This document shows positions 26,361-38,700 of a DNA stretch of 64,000 bases, in pieces. Source of the stretch: Cenococcum geophilum (taxonomy: Eukaryota); NCBI GenBank assembly GCA_050273025.1, contig CP158635.1, positions 28,892,001-28,956,000 on the forward strand, in the 5' to 3' direction. The translations under genes and the position numbers were made by a program. The notes below the pieces were generated by a model that worked only from the letters and a program-made list of their open reading frames with translations, searched no databases and was not told the DNA's origin. The stretch's first letter is position 1. Each line of letters starts with the position of its first letter.

Positions 26361-26610
26361 TTATAGCGTTATATAATAGGGGGTAAAGGTTTAGTTTTAT
26401 AGTTAAAATTTTGCGGATATCTAGATATTATCCGGATATTATTTAATATCCAGGCTATCCTCGGATAGGATTATTATCCACCCGACTAGATAGGATAATC
26501 TATCCTCCGCAGGTCTGGGGTGCACGAATTCCGTACGCACGGGCCATAAACGCCAAAACGCGAAGCTGGCGATTCTTCTAACAATAATATTAACTTTTTA
26601 ACTTCTAATT

Positions 26611-27882
26611 ATGGCACCACCAACGCGTCTAAATCCTCTGCGGACCCCTAGCCCTAAACCTCTTACTAGCAGAGAAGCTACGACTACTAGAAAATGCAAA
26701 TTCTATAATACGTTAGCTTGTAACGGCGAGTCTAAGTTACTATATTGAATTTTAGCTAACTATAAGATTTTAGAAGCTTATAGCCGAAAATAAAAGAAGT
26801 AACTTAAAGAGATAGGCCCTATTATAAAAAGGAATACTTAGTAGAGATCTTAAGTACTTAGGCGTAAGTCTAAAGTCACTAAATTAATGTGTAAGCTACT
26901 TGTTTCGCCCTTAAGAAATCTAATCTAGAAATAGCCTTATAAAACTTAGATTATATACTATAAGATACCTATTAAGAGGCGTTAACTTTAGCAGAAGTTA
27001 AAGGAGCATACTAAGGGCGGCGGACGGTATCTTTGTGCCTTTATTAAGAAGGTTATTTCGGAGTAAAACTATATTAGTTAAGCTATCTACGGCGAAGCTT
27101 ACTTGTACAATCCTCTCTTTAGTTTCTTTAATTATATTATCTATACCAATAAAGTATACGTTAATCCTACGTTATAGGTATAAGGTATAGTCCTTAGGGA
27201 GTAAGGAAAGCAAGATAATCTAAAGAATATTAAAAAAAGGCCTCCGCTTAAAGGTGTCCGGTATTATATTACCGCGTAGATCTCTTAGTGGGGAAAAGTA
27301 GAGAAATTAAAGTTCTATAATAACGAAGAAGATAAGGTTAAGTACCCTCCTTATCCTATAAAGCCTTAATAACGTCCAAAAACTAAGACTAAGGAGGAAT
27401 ATTACCGCTAAGTATAGGAATAGGAGGTAGGCAAGCCTTATAATATTAAACTTAAGGTTAAAGGTAATGCTATAACTTAGAAATACTATATTAACCGCCT
27501 CTTACCTCTCTACGTTAAAGCTGTTAAATTTATAAGACTTATTAATAATAAACCGTGGCTTCTTTAAGAGGATAGGGACCCTTTTTATAGTATAAGAAAA
27601 TAAGGCCTCGCGTAGGAGTATAAAGAGGCCTATAACATTTAAACCCTTATTTATCCTACTTAGAGCCCTAATTTTAATCCTATTAAAGGTATCTAGTCTA
27701 TTATAAAGCAACGGCTACGCCGTAAGATCTTTAATTCTAAAGAGAAAATAAAAAAGACTCTTTAAAAGAAATAGGATAAAATTACTATAGAAGAGATACG
27801 GCACCGTATAGCTAATATGCCCTAAAAATACGCCAAGCTTATTAGATCTGGTAGGAAGCCTATTAGAGGCAATAAATAGTAA
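26611..27882 (+). pseudogene. Tc1/IS630-type DDE transposase, RIPped
   Basis: ATG at 26611. Motifs YT(D)(E).(H), WLL(Q)ED(G)DP(S)(H), (H)P.(Q)SP(D).NPI(E)GI(W). I count 37 codons between the second D and the E. Confidence 0.85.
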
Positions 27883-28119
27883 TATTACGCTGTAATATAT
27901 AAATAGATACATTTTCTAAACTTCTTAATTTTTAGTAGTTATGGCCCGTGCGCATAAAATTTATACACCTACTATTAACACCATATTAAGACCTATAATA
28001 GTTTAAATATATACAATATTACCTAGTTATAGCTAGTTACCTAGTTTACCAGCTAGTTTAGAGCTCCTAATTAGTAACCGATTAGTTAGGGAGGTTAACT
28101 TCAACTCTAACTAGACCAA

Positions 28120-28760
28120 TTATATTACTGTGTTAATCTTACCTGTCTTAAGTAGCAGCTTAACTATAGCCTCTTGCCCATTCTCTACCGCCTATAATAG
28201 CGGCATCTTGCCATAACCATTCTTCGCGTTAACGTCGACCTTATTTATCTCGAGCAGTAGCTTAACTACAGCCTCGTTCCCGTTCCCTGCCGCCTACTAT
28301 AGCGGCGTCTACTCGTCCTTATCCTTTATATTAACGTTAACCTTACTTATCTTAAGCAGTAGCTTAACTATAGCCTTATTCCCATTCCCGTTCCCTATCG
28401 CCTAGTATAGCGGCGTCTGCCCGTCCTTATCCTTTATATTAATATCGGCTTTGCCTATCTTAAGCAGCAGCTTAACTATAGCCTCGTACCCGTTATTTAC
28501 CGCCTATAATAGCGGCGTCTGCCCGTTCTTATCCTTTACGTCGACGCCAACCTTATCTGTCTCAAGTAGTAGCTTAACTATAGCCTCGTATCCGTTCCTT
28601 ACCGCCCGCTATAGCGGCGTCTACCCATTATTATCCTTTACGTTAACGTCGACCTTATCTATCTTAAGCAACAGCTTAACTACAGCCTCGTGCCCATTTT
28701 CTGCCGCCTAGTATAGCGGTATCTGTCTATAAGTGTTCGGAAGATCTAAATTATATCCGT
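28120..28760 (-). pseudogene. Ankyrin-repeat gene fragment, about six highly similar 34-aa repeats
   Basis: Repeated KDKNG(Q)TPL.(W)A..NG(H)EA(V)VKLLL(E)T(D)KV(D)V units of about 102 bp. Confidence 0.88.
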
Positions 28761-29266
28761 TATTTAAGGGGTTATTATACCTCCCCTAATCCAAAGTATA
28801 CTATAGGGTATACTCCTATTATTTCTATTAGTACTCTTTAACTATAGTTAAGGTACCTTTTAGAAGCTATTATAATCTAGCTAAAGGCAGACACCTTAGC
28901 GCTATTCTTAAGAAAACTTAGCACTAATTGCTTAGTCCTAGTTAAATTCGTGTGGATATAATAACCTAACTTTAGGCCGCATAGTCGTAAAGTGCATTTA
29001 AATATAGTTATACCTTAAACTCCCAGTATATTTAAGCCAATCTTTTGGGTATTTATAATACCTTATTTAAAACACAATTTAAAAGGCCACTTATTTAGAT
29101 ATTTGCTATTTTTTTCTACTTATTTCTACTAGTGTGTATTTTCTTATCTAAAGACAACTCTACTTCCCTATAGACCTCTTATTACCTAAATATTTCTAGA
29201 CATAAAAACTTATTAGTCTTATAGTACTAGCTAGTAGATAAAGAAGAGACAAAGGAGGAAGAAAGG

Positions 29267-31734
29267 TTATTGAGATAGTTTATAACGCAATTCTAGTAGT
29301 TTTACCACCTCTTTATAGCCATTCTCAGCCGCGTACCAGAGTGCCTCATCACCGTTAATATCTGCCCCTATATTTAGCAGCTGCTCTACTACCGCCTTAT
29401 ATCCTTCCTTTAATGCCTATAATAGCGGCGTTTAACCACCATTATCCTTTAAATTAGGGTTAACGCCGTTAGCGGCGAGTAGAAGTTTTACCATAGCATT
29501 GTGCCCCTTCGCTGACGCCCACAATAGCGGCGTTTAACCATCGTTATCCTTTAAATTAGGGTTAACGGCATTAGTAGTGAGTAGAAGTTCTACTATAGCC
29601 TTATGCCCGTTTGTTAATGCTAATAATAGCAGCGTTTAACTATATATAGTATCCTTAGAGTTGGGGTTGGCGCTATTAGTAGCAAGTAAAAGTTTTACTA
29701 CGGCCTTATGCCCCATCTCTAATGCTAATAACAGCGGTGTTCTACCGTACTTAGTATCCCTAGAGTTAGGTTCAATATCCTTTTTAGAGAGGAGCAGCTT
29801 CACCGCCGCTGTATCTCTATTGGACGCGGCTTCTAACAGTCGCGCGCTACTATCTCCTTCCTTAGCGCCTAAGCTATTATCTTCCTCTACTAACCCAATA
29901 TCTTAATTCTCTATCCCTAGATTACCTTCCCATATTAAGTTAAAGTTTTCACTAAAGTCCTTATCTCTGGACCCATTAAAAGTAATATAAGCTTTACCTA
30001 AATCCGCCTTATTTGCACTATTCTTATCTTTATTAATAAATCGCGTTAATAAAAAGAGAGAAAAACGCTCTAGGTGCAGTATAATATAGCTTTATAATAC
30101 CCTTGCAGTTACTAAAAATAATAAGTATATTAGATAACATCTATCCGGAGATATTAAGGTCGATTTACTAGTATAAATAGTAAGGGTCGCAGATATCTTA
30201 TTACTATAGTTAGTATATATATCGCGTAAGTGCTCCTAATATCCCTCTAGTATGGGAAAGGTTTAACCTAGGTGTTCTAGGTAACGCAGTATCCTTTAAT
30301 ATAAAGAATTCTCGTATTAGATCTAGTCCTTATAGGTATTATATAGCTAATCCGGGTTTCTGTAGTCTTTATATATATATATATATAGGCGCAGATCGTA
30401 TATAAGGTGGGCTCTATAGTTACTATTAGAGTTGTTTTCTTTATAGCTAAACTAATTTAGGAGCTATTTTACTTCTATACGTTTTCAGCTAGGAGCGCAT
30501 TTAAGCACAATGTGAAGTAATAAGGACACTTAAAGAACTTTTTGCTTAGTAGCCGTTTGGGTGCTAAAGGGAAGTTTAAAACTTCTTTATTAGGCTGCCA
30601 CGCTAAAGGGGCATACTCGGACACTAAGACATTAGACTAGTTGTCCCTAACGGCCAGTTAGGGGATGTTTAGACGGGTAGCGGTTGTAACAGATTGCGCA
30701 GCAGCTATCGTAGGTATTATAGCCTCGTTAGCTGGTATCTCCTTGTTAAGTTTAATTAGAAAACACTCTTATAAACTTTAATATATTTTATAACTATATT
30801 TACGTGTTAAACGAGCTTATCTTAATGTTTCTTCCAATATACAAATTATATTCTTCTATAGACATTTATAAGAGCTATATAACGGATAAGAAATAACTTA
30901 GTGGTCTTATAGAGTTTAACTTTATATTATAAGAGTACCGTCCGTATTAGTTTCTATATATTATCTACACTATTATTATCTCCTTCTTTATCTTTATTTT
31001 TTAATAGATTAACTATTAGGTATTCCTAAAGTGCTTTTAATTTTATATATTGTAAAAAAAGCGAACTAATATAATTATAGTTAAATTTCCTAAAAGTTTA
31101 TAAAAGGTTAACACCGGAATCGGGATCGATTTCTTAATAGTGCAGCGCCTTTAATAACTAAAATCTAGATAATGGACTGCGAATCCACGTAGATAGCTTA
31201 TAAAGCCAATTAATAAGGTCTTTTATGCTGTCTAGAAGCAATTCTATATCTAACTCTATTTCCTATAATGCCCTATCTCTAAAATCTTTATCTAAAGAGT
31301 CTAAATCCGGATTATTTCCTGCTAGATTGTCTCGCATATCTATTAGCGACGGATCGCTTTTGCTAGTGACGTACTCAATTACTAGTCAGCCTAATATTAG
31401 CGAGAAATAAAATAGTTATATAATAGTATAGTCTAAGTAATAACTAACCTTTAGCTAAAGCGTTATTAAGACTAGTAAGAAACCTCCGTAATATATACCC
31501 TATACTTTCTACCTATCTAATATAATAATCTAAAGACCCGTAGCCTAATATAAAGAGACCTAAATTTATAGCCCAAAGCTTAAAACGGTTGGCTTTAGCC
31601 GCTAATTTAGCCTTAGGCCATTCTTCGTATCCCGCGGTTCTAGCGAGGTTTTTAATAGCTTTAACCTAATTAAAAAGCTTTATAGTCTTAAGACCCGTAT
31701 AGTTAAGAGTCTATAATTTTATTATTCCTGCCAT
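29267..31734 (-). pseudogene. RIPped gene: fungal N-terminal helical domain + C2H2-type zinc fingers + C-terminal ankyrin repeats
   Basis: ATG at 31734. Motifs RF.LWA.NLGLF..G(H)GSLDY(R) and AHL..DLR(P)Y(V)(C)(T)Y(E)D(C) near 30400. Ankyrin repeats at 29300-29850, stop at 29267. Likely introns near 31382-31448 and from ~30415. Confidence 0.8.
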
Positions 31735-32764
31735 AGTTTAAGTAGGCCCCTTATCTATAATATCCGGGATTCTTATAAAGACGATATTAAGTTTTAAGAA
31801 GCCTACTGCACAAAAGAGTTTATTTATTGCCCCTCTAGCCAATTAAACGGTGAGCTCAAATCGTTATTACACGTGATACCCCACACGCAGATAAATTAGG
31901 CCTACAATATCGTGTTAATCTGCTTTAATTAGAAGCAGACGTATTACTAAAATTAAAGTTCACCTACTATTACAATTAGAAGTTATTAGCTCTCTAGTAA
32001 ATATGCTCTTATATTTAGTCTTAAAGTCATAGGTGTTTTACTTAGAGTTCTCCTAATTCTCTTTAAGGCCGTTAACTTATCTAAGAATGGTATTTAAAGA
32101 AGCAGAATTTTCTTTTAAAAGCGCGTATATATAGACAAGCTAGCCTATACAGTCCTCCTCTAATAGCGTATACTTATAGAGATAGTTAAATCACTCCTTA
32201 TTAAAAGCGGATATAAGGATATTACGCTCCTAGATAATAATCTAGTTAGATATTTAAATAATAAAAGCATTAGTAGTCAAGTTCTAGACTACTTAGGATT
32301 AGTAAATAGTGCCGCATTTAGCGGGGCACTTAAGGAAAGCGATAATATCGCTAAGAAGATAGCCAGGAATATCGCAGGTCTAGTGCCTACTATTAAGGTC
32401 TATTTCATTAGCAATGGTTTATATAAGTGTTTATACTTATATAAGCCTATATATAATAATAGGATCCCATAAATAACTTACCTAGGATTATTACAGCAAA
32501 CTAGGATATAAATAGTAGGCAGTTAGACCTAATTCTAAGGGTAAAGCTAATATTTAGAGTAAATAATCTTAAGAGCGCCGTTTAAGAACTTAATAATACT
32601 ACTAAAAAGCTTTATCGCTTTATAAGTATTATATTATTAAATCGTTAGCTAATTAAGGATAAACTGCCTAAAAAGGCCCTTAAGCTTATAAAAGCTCTTT
32701 ACTAGGTTTAGGGGTTTACTAGTAACCTATATTTAGCTATCTTTTAGAGCTAGTAAGCTAGATA

Positions 32765-35700
32765 TATAACGGAACCTTATAGCAAGAACTACAATAGGCT
32801 CGTTATTAGACTAGGTGTGTAGGAAATGCAAGTACAAAAGTCAATAACGTAATAGTAACTAGTGGAGTAGTTGCCTAATAGATTAACTCTAATTATATTC
32901 TAAAAATCACTATAAGGAAGGAACTATCTAGGTAGGGACTAAGGGTCCTTAAATACACAACCGTACTCCTATAAAATCCTTCTTATACGTAATATACGTA
33001 TACTCTATCTACTCTATTATAGATTACCTAAATCTTATAAATTATATAGATTATATTATATAACCTTAGTTACTATTCCTTATTATATAGCTCTACTAGT
33101 TCTATTCTAAACCGTACCTAAATTAACTAACTAGCTTCTTCTAACTCTTCTCTAAGTAGTTATAACATTATACTTAAAGCGTCCATAACACCATCTCCCT
33201 CCTCTTTATCTTCGTCCTTAAAGATCCTTAATATCTCTAAGTTATTTACTAAAGGTATAATATCCGTCTAATTAATTTAGTTAATATTATTACTTATTAT
33301 ACCTAAAGTAATTTCTTCTTCTTCAACTGCTCGTCGCACTTGCACTATAGCTGCAATATTATCTCTTAGTAAGATTATACCGTCTCCATATTCTCGTTAT
33401 TTAAAAAAGGGGTTAGTTTATATTACGTTAGCAAACCTATCTTCGTAACAACTATCCTTTTACTTAAAGTGCACTAAAGCGAATATTTATTCGTTCTATA
33501 ACGTTCGCTCCATCTTTAATGCTAAATATACGCAACCTATTACTCTTAATAGTCGTCTAGTTTCCTAATTAATTTATTTTAAGGTCTTATATTTAATCTA
33601 CTACTACGCGGCTAGATAATAAACTGTCTATTACTCTAGCAGAGTTACGCTATTTCTATAATACTAAATAAAAGGCTACTAAAGCTTAGCAACGGGCCCT
33701 TAAGTCTTATCTTACGGCGTTTACTTAGTTAATCCGTCTTAAGAAGGTTTATAAGAAGGTTTATTCTAAGGAGTAGAAATTTATAAAATAGGGTTTATAA
33801 GAACTTAGTAATAAAAAAACGGATTCTCTTCTAATAGAGAAGGAAATAGATCTAAGTAGTTCGGCAACTACTCTTCTTAGGTCCCCTTTAGGTAACTTAT
33901 TTTTTAGTAATCCTTTTTTATTAATATTACCTAACCTAATTTCTTCTAATACTTCTATACCTTTCTTATAGCGTTCTTTAAATTCTTTAGTAGCTCCTAG
34001 ATAGTCTTATTATAGCCTATCCACTTAACCTTATACTATATTTTATCGTTAATGTCCTTATAGCTAACAATCTTTAAAACTTACTATTCGTCTTCTTTTT
34101 ATCCTCTATACGTATCTGCTTTATAAACTAGTAGCTTAATATTTCCGTATACTAGCTCTAGTATTGCAATATACTATATAGGGTAGATCTTTATTCTAGC
34201 TAGTAGGTTTAACTTAAATATAACCGGTAAAATTCTCTATACTATTTTAAAAGGTCCTAGTTTAACATAGTCTAACTTCTTACTTAGTTATTAACTCTTA
34301 AAATTTTTATATAGTAGCTATACTTTATCTCCCTCCTTAAGATCTGGTCCCTTAGATCTTTTAGTATTATAGTACTTTTTTATTCTTTCTTATACTTTCT
34401 TTACTAATTTTATAAGGTCTATATAAAGATTTATTAATATCTTTATTCTTTCTTTAGCCGTACTACTTATTTTCTTTACTTACTATAGTAACAACGATAT
34501 TCTTAGCTCGTATCTATAATTTACCTTAAATAGTAATATACCTATTCCTTCTTAAGGTATTATATTATATGCAAACTATATAACTAGTAACAGTAATACC
34601 TAATTATTCTATATATAATTAATATAGTGCCTTAAATACTACTCTAGTATCTAATTTAATCTTTCCGTTTAGCCGTCTGTCTGCGGATAATATATAATAG
34701 AAGTTACTACTCTAACTCCTTATTCCGCTAAGAATATATCCTAAAATACTACTATAAATCTTAGATCTCTATCTAATATAATTTTACTTAGTGCTCTATA
34801 TCTTATAAATACTTCTTTAATATAGATTCTAGTAATATCTTCCGCTAAGATTTCTTTCGTATATACTATAAAGTATCCCTACTTTATAAGCTTATCTACT
34901 ATTACTAAGATCGCGTTATAATCTTATTCGGTAATAGGGTCTTTTAACTTTAGTAACTTAATAATAAAGTCCTATAATATAACCTCCTATAGTCTCTTTA
35001 GTATTTTAATAGGTTATAGCCCTCTATATAGCTTATGCCTCGTTAGTTTATTTCTTTAGTAATCTAGATATTCTTTTATAACCTTTTTAGCTATTCTTTA
35101 GATTCCATTAATAATATACTCCTTTTAAAGTCTTAACACTAAGCCCATAGCTCTATTATGTCCTTAAGTTAATCCCTTATAGAATTCTTCTATAAATTGC
35201 TCTGCTATACTTCTTAGGATATACTTTACTTCTTAATTTTTGTATATATCCGTCTATAAATCTTCTAGCTATACCTCTAGAATTCTTTATACCTAAAAGC
35301 TCTTTAGTAACTTATAAACCTTTTCTAGTTCTTTCTAGGTTATTATAATCTTTAAATAATTATACCTAATTAGTCTGTCTGTATCTTTTTACAGTAAAGC
35401 CCCTAATAGCTTTTCTTCGTTTTATAGTTTAGCCTTTTAACTTAGAGTATCTACTTATATATTATCTGTGCCCTTAGTATACTAAATCTTAAAATAGTAT
35501 TCTATAAGTATCTCTACCTATCTAACCTATCTTTAGTTAAGTTCCATTATTATTAGGAATTCTATTAAGTTCTTATAATCCGTCTTAACTATAAATAGTT
35601 TCTCTATACCTTATAAAAATGCTCTTTATTTCTTTAATACTATAACTATACCTAACAACTCCTTATTATAGATGTTATAGTTTAACTCTAGTAGTATTAT

Positions 35701-38700
35701 TTTCCGACTATAGTATACTACTAGGTGCTATTTATCTTAATATTTCTATATAAAGCACGCCCCTAGTATATAGTCTAATATATTTATTTCTACAACTGTC
35801 TTTAGTCCTAGTTAATAGATCTTAAGAACTGGCTCCTAGGTAAACAATTCCTTAATTTTCTTAAATAGTTCTTACTACTCCTTTCCTTATACCCATAGTT
35901 CTTCTTTCTTTATTAGTTACATAAGTGGCTTAATATTCTTTAACTACTGCGCTATAAACCTTCTATAGTAATTGTAAAACCTTAAGAATAATCTTAATTA
36001 CGTAACGTTTTCTAGTTCTTACCAATTTACTATAGCCTTAATCTTCTTTAGATCTATACTAAGTTAGCCTAGTTTAATAATAAATCTAATAAAATTAGTC
36101 TTCCTGGTAAAGAACTCGCATTTTTTAATTACTACTAGTATTTATTCTTCTTATAGTCTCTTTAAAACCCATTTAATGTATTCCCTATATTCTTCCTTAG
36201 TTATTAAGTAGATAATAATATCGTTAAGGTATACCATAATAAATTTATCTAAGTATTCTCCTAATATATTATTAATACGCTTCTAAAACGTTACTAGTAC
36301 GTTTATAAGCCCAAATTGCATAACTAATAGTTTATATAGTCCTTCCTTTAACCTAAAGACTGCCTTTTATTTATTGCCTTCCTTAATCCAGATCTAGTAG
36401 TACGCCTATCTTAAATCTATCTTCGTAAAGATTTACACGTTACCTATCCTATCTTAGATTTCGCTAATTAAGGGTAAAAAATACCTATCCTTCCTAGTGA
36501 TGCTGTTTAACTATCTATAGTTAATATATAGCCTTAGTTTACTATTTTTCTTTAGTATAAATAGTACTGGGTATCTTGCTAATAACTGTAATAGTCTAAT
36601 ATATCCCTTTTATAAGTTTTCTTAGATAAACTCTTTTAATACTCTACCTTCTTCTTTAGTAAGCTTATAGATTAGAAAGAACCTTAAACTTATTCCTAGT
36701 TCTAATTCTATTTTATAGTCCTATACTATATACTCTAACAGCTTCTTACTTTCTAGTGACTATAGTTTTTTGCTATACTTATAGTATCTCTTTAGTACAT
36801 AACTTAGTCCTTTTTCCGTTTTTTTATAGGTTGCTCCTACTTAGTACCATACTAACTTAGTTTATTATTACATCTTATGGCGTTAAGTATCTCTAATATT
36901 AACCTAACCTATAATCTAATTAATTTTTAGATTATATTCCTATAACCAAGGCATCCCTAATACTGCTTTATCCCGTCCTAATAGTAGGATATTAAAAGAC
37001 ATCTTAATCTGTCTCCCTTTAATAGTTAACTAAATAGGTCCTATTTTAAGATTAATAATCCCCCCCTATAGGCTATTAGATCTCCTAAAATTGTAACTAA
37101 TAGATAAAGTTACTCCTTCTATCTATAAGGTAATCCTATTCTTTTAACTGCTGCTAGCAAAATATAGTTTTTTATTACTCTACTATCTATTAGCGCCTTA
37201 AAATGTTAATCTTACCACTTTACTTATAAATTTAGATATCGTCCTTAAATTCCTTTAAGGGTTTAAGGTTCTACTACTAGCTCCCTCTAATCCTATAGGC
37301 CTCCACTTTTTCTAACTATTAGCTGCTTAATCCTGCTATACTTAACTTATTCTTTAGCTAATACCTAGTTCGCTTTTTATCTTTAATATGCTATAGATAT
37401 ATATTCTCTAGGCATTCCCACTACTATTATCCGTCTAAGTATTCTTCTGTAAGAAATCTTCTTAGTTAAAGTATTAAGTCGTCTAACTCTTAAACTTCCG
37501 CTAAATGCTAGCCATATATATACCTAGCATTTCTATATTATTGCTCGTCCATTATCTAATATATCCTTATAGGGTATTTCCGATTCTTTTTCTTTAGATT
37601 CTTATATATTTTATATATATAATCTATATATATAATCTATAATAGCATATAGTATACTAGGTGCTTTAGGTTAACTCTTAGCTCGCCTTTATTCTTAAGT
37701 TTAAACCTTTATTATGCTAATCTAAACGTTATAACTTTATTCGCAGGTACTAAGATATATCTCTTACTTCTCTAGTCCTCTAATTATTCCTCTAGATCCT
37801 TTAACATTATAATTAAGGCCCCTTTAATATAATTTATAGCCTTTTCCATAATTAGGTGGTCTTAAATAACTTTTTCGTTTAACTATATATAGAAATCTTC
37901 CCACTTATTATTATGCCTCTGCCTATACCACTTTTAGTACAGCTACTAGAGTGTATACGGCTTGTCTATAAGGAAGTATCTTCTTATTACTATATCGTAA
38001 TAGCCCTTTATATATCGTTCCTTAAATCTAGTAGAAATCCTTAAATCCTCCTCGTTTTCCAGTTTAGTAAGCCACTTAGCTCTTAGTATGCCTGCCCTAG
38101 GCCTATTAGTAATTCTACGTACTAGCGCTCTATCCTTTATACGTCCTACTATACTAGATCTCTTATTTAGTTTCTATTCTTACTATACGATAATTCTTTA
38201 CCTAAACTCTTCTATAGTTTCTTTAGGTTTGCGTCTTACGCTCTAATCCTTAAAGTTCTCTTACTTTTTAATCTTAATATTAACTTTTCGATCTTTAGTC
38301 CGAATACTATATTCTACTAATAAGTCCTCTAGGTTTATATTTCTGTCTCCTAGTCTAGTTGCTGTTTATATTATAGATTCTCTAATCTATAAAGAAGCCC
38401 CTTACTTCTTATCTGTGGGTGTTTTAATTTATTCTCTAAATTCTTAACCCCTTAGATTCTTTAATCCTAAGCTTACTTTTAACTTAAGCCTAGCTTTAGC
38501 CTTAGTCTAACTAGGCTTATTTAGTGTTCTTATCTTATCTTAAGAGTTTTAAATCTCACTTATCTTGTCTTAAGAGTCTTATGCCTGTAGGAAACTTCGT
38601 CCTAAGCTTATTCGTATATCTTTAAACTAAGCTATTGCTCTACTCTATTGGTTTTTGTCTGTTATAGGTCCTTAAGCTTACCTTATCTTGTCTTAAAAAT

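Larger units (their letters stand above)
22653..26517 (-). mobile_element. hAT DNA transposon (~3.9 kb)
   Basis: TIR CAGACCTGCGGAGGAT at the right end, with the RIPped copy TAAACCTACGGAGGAT at the left. 8-bp TSD GGGTGCAC / AAGTACAC. Subterminal GGATA/TATCC motifs at both ends. Confidence 0.88.
22643..27972 (+). mobile_element. Tc1-like DD37E DNA transposon whose left TIR is interrupted by a hAT element
   Basis: TIR GGGTGCACGAATTCCGT(G)CGCACGGGCCATAA at 26518-26549 matches the reverse complement of ~27939-27970. TA flanks at 22641-42 and 27973-74. Confidence 0.8.

Noticed and set aside
28451..29906. Plus-strand ORFs 28451..28711 and 29661..29906
   Set aside because: Antisense shadows of ankyrin repeats encoded on the minus strand.
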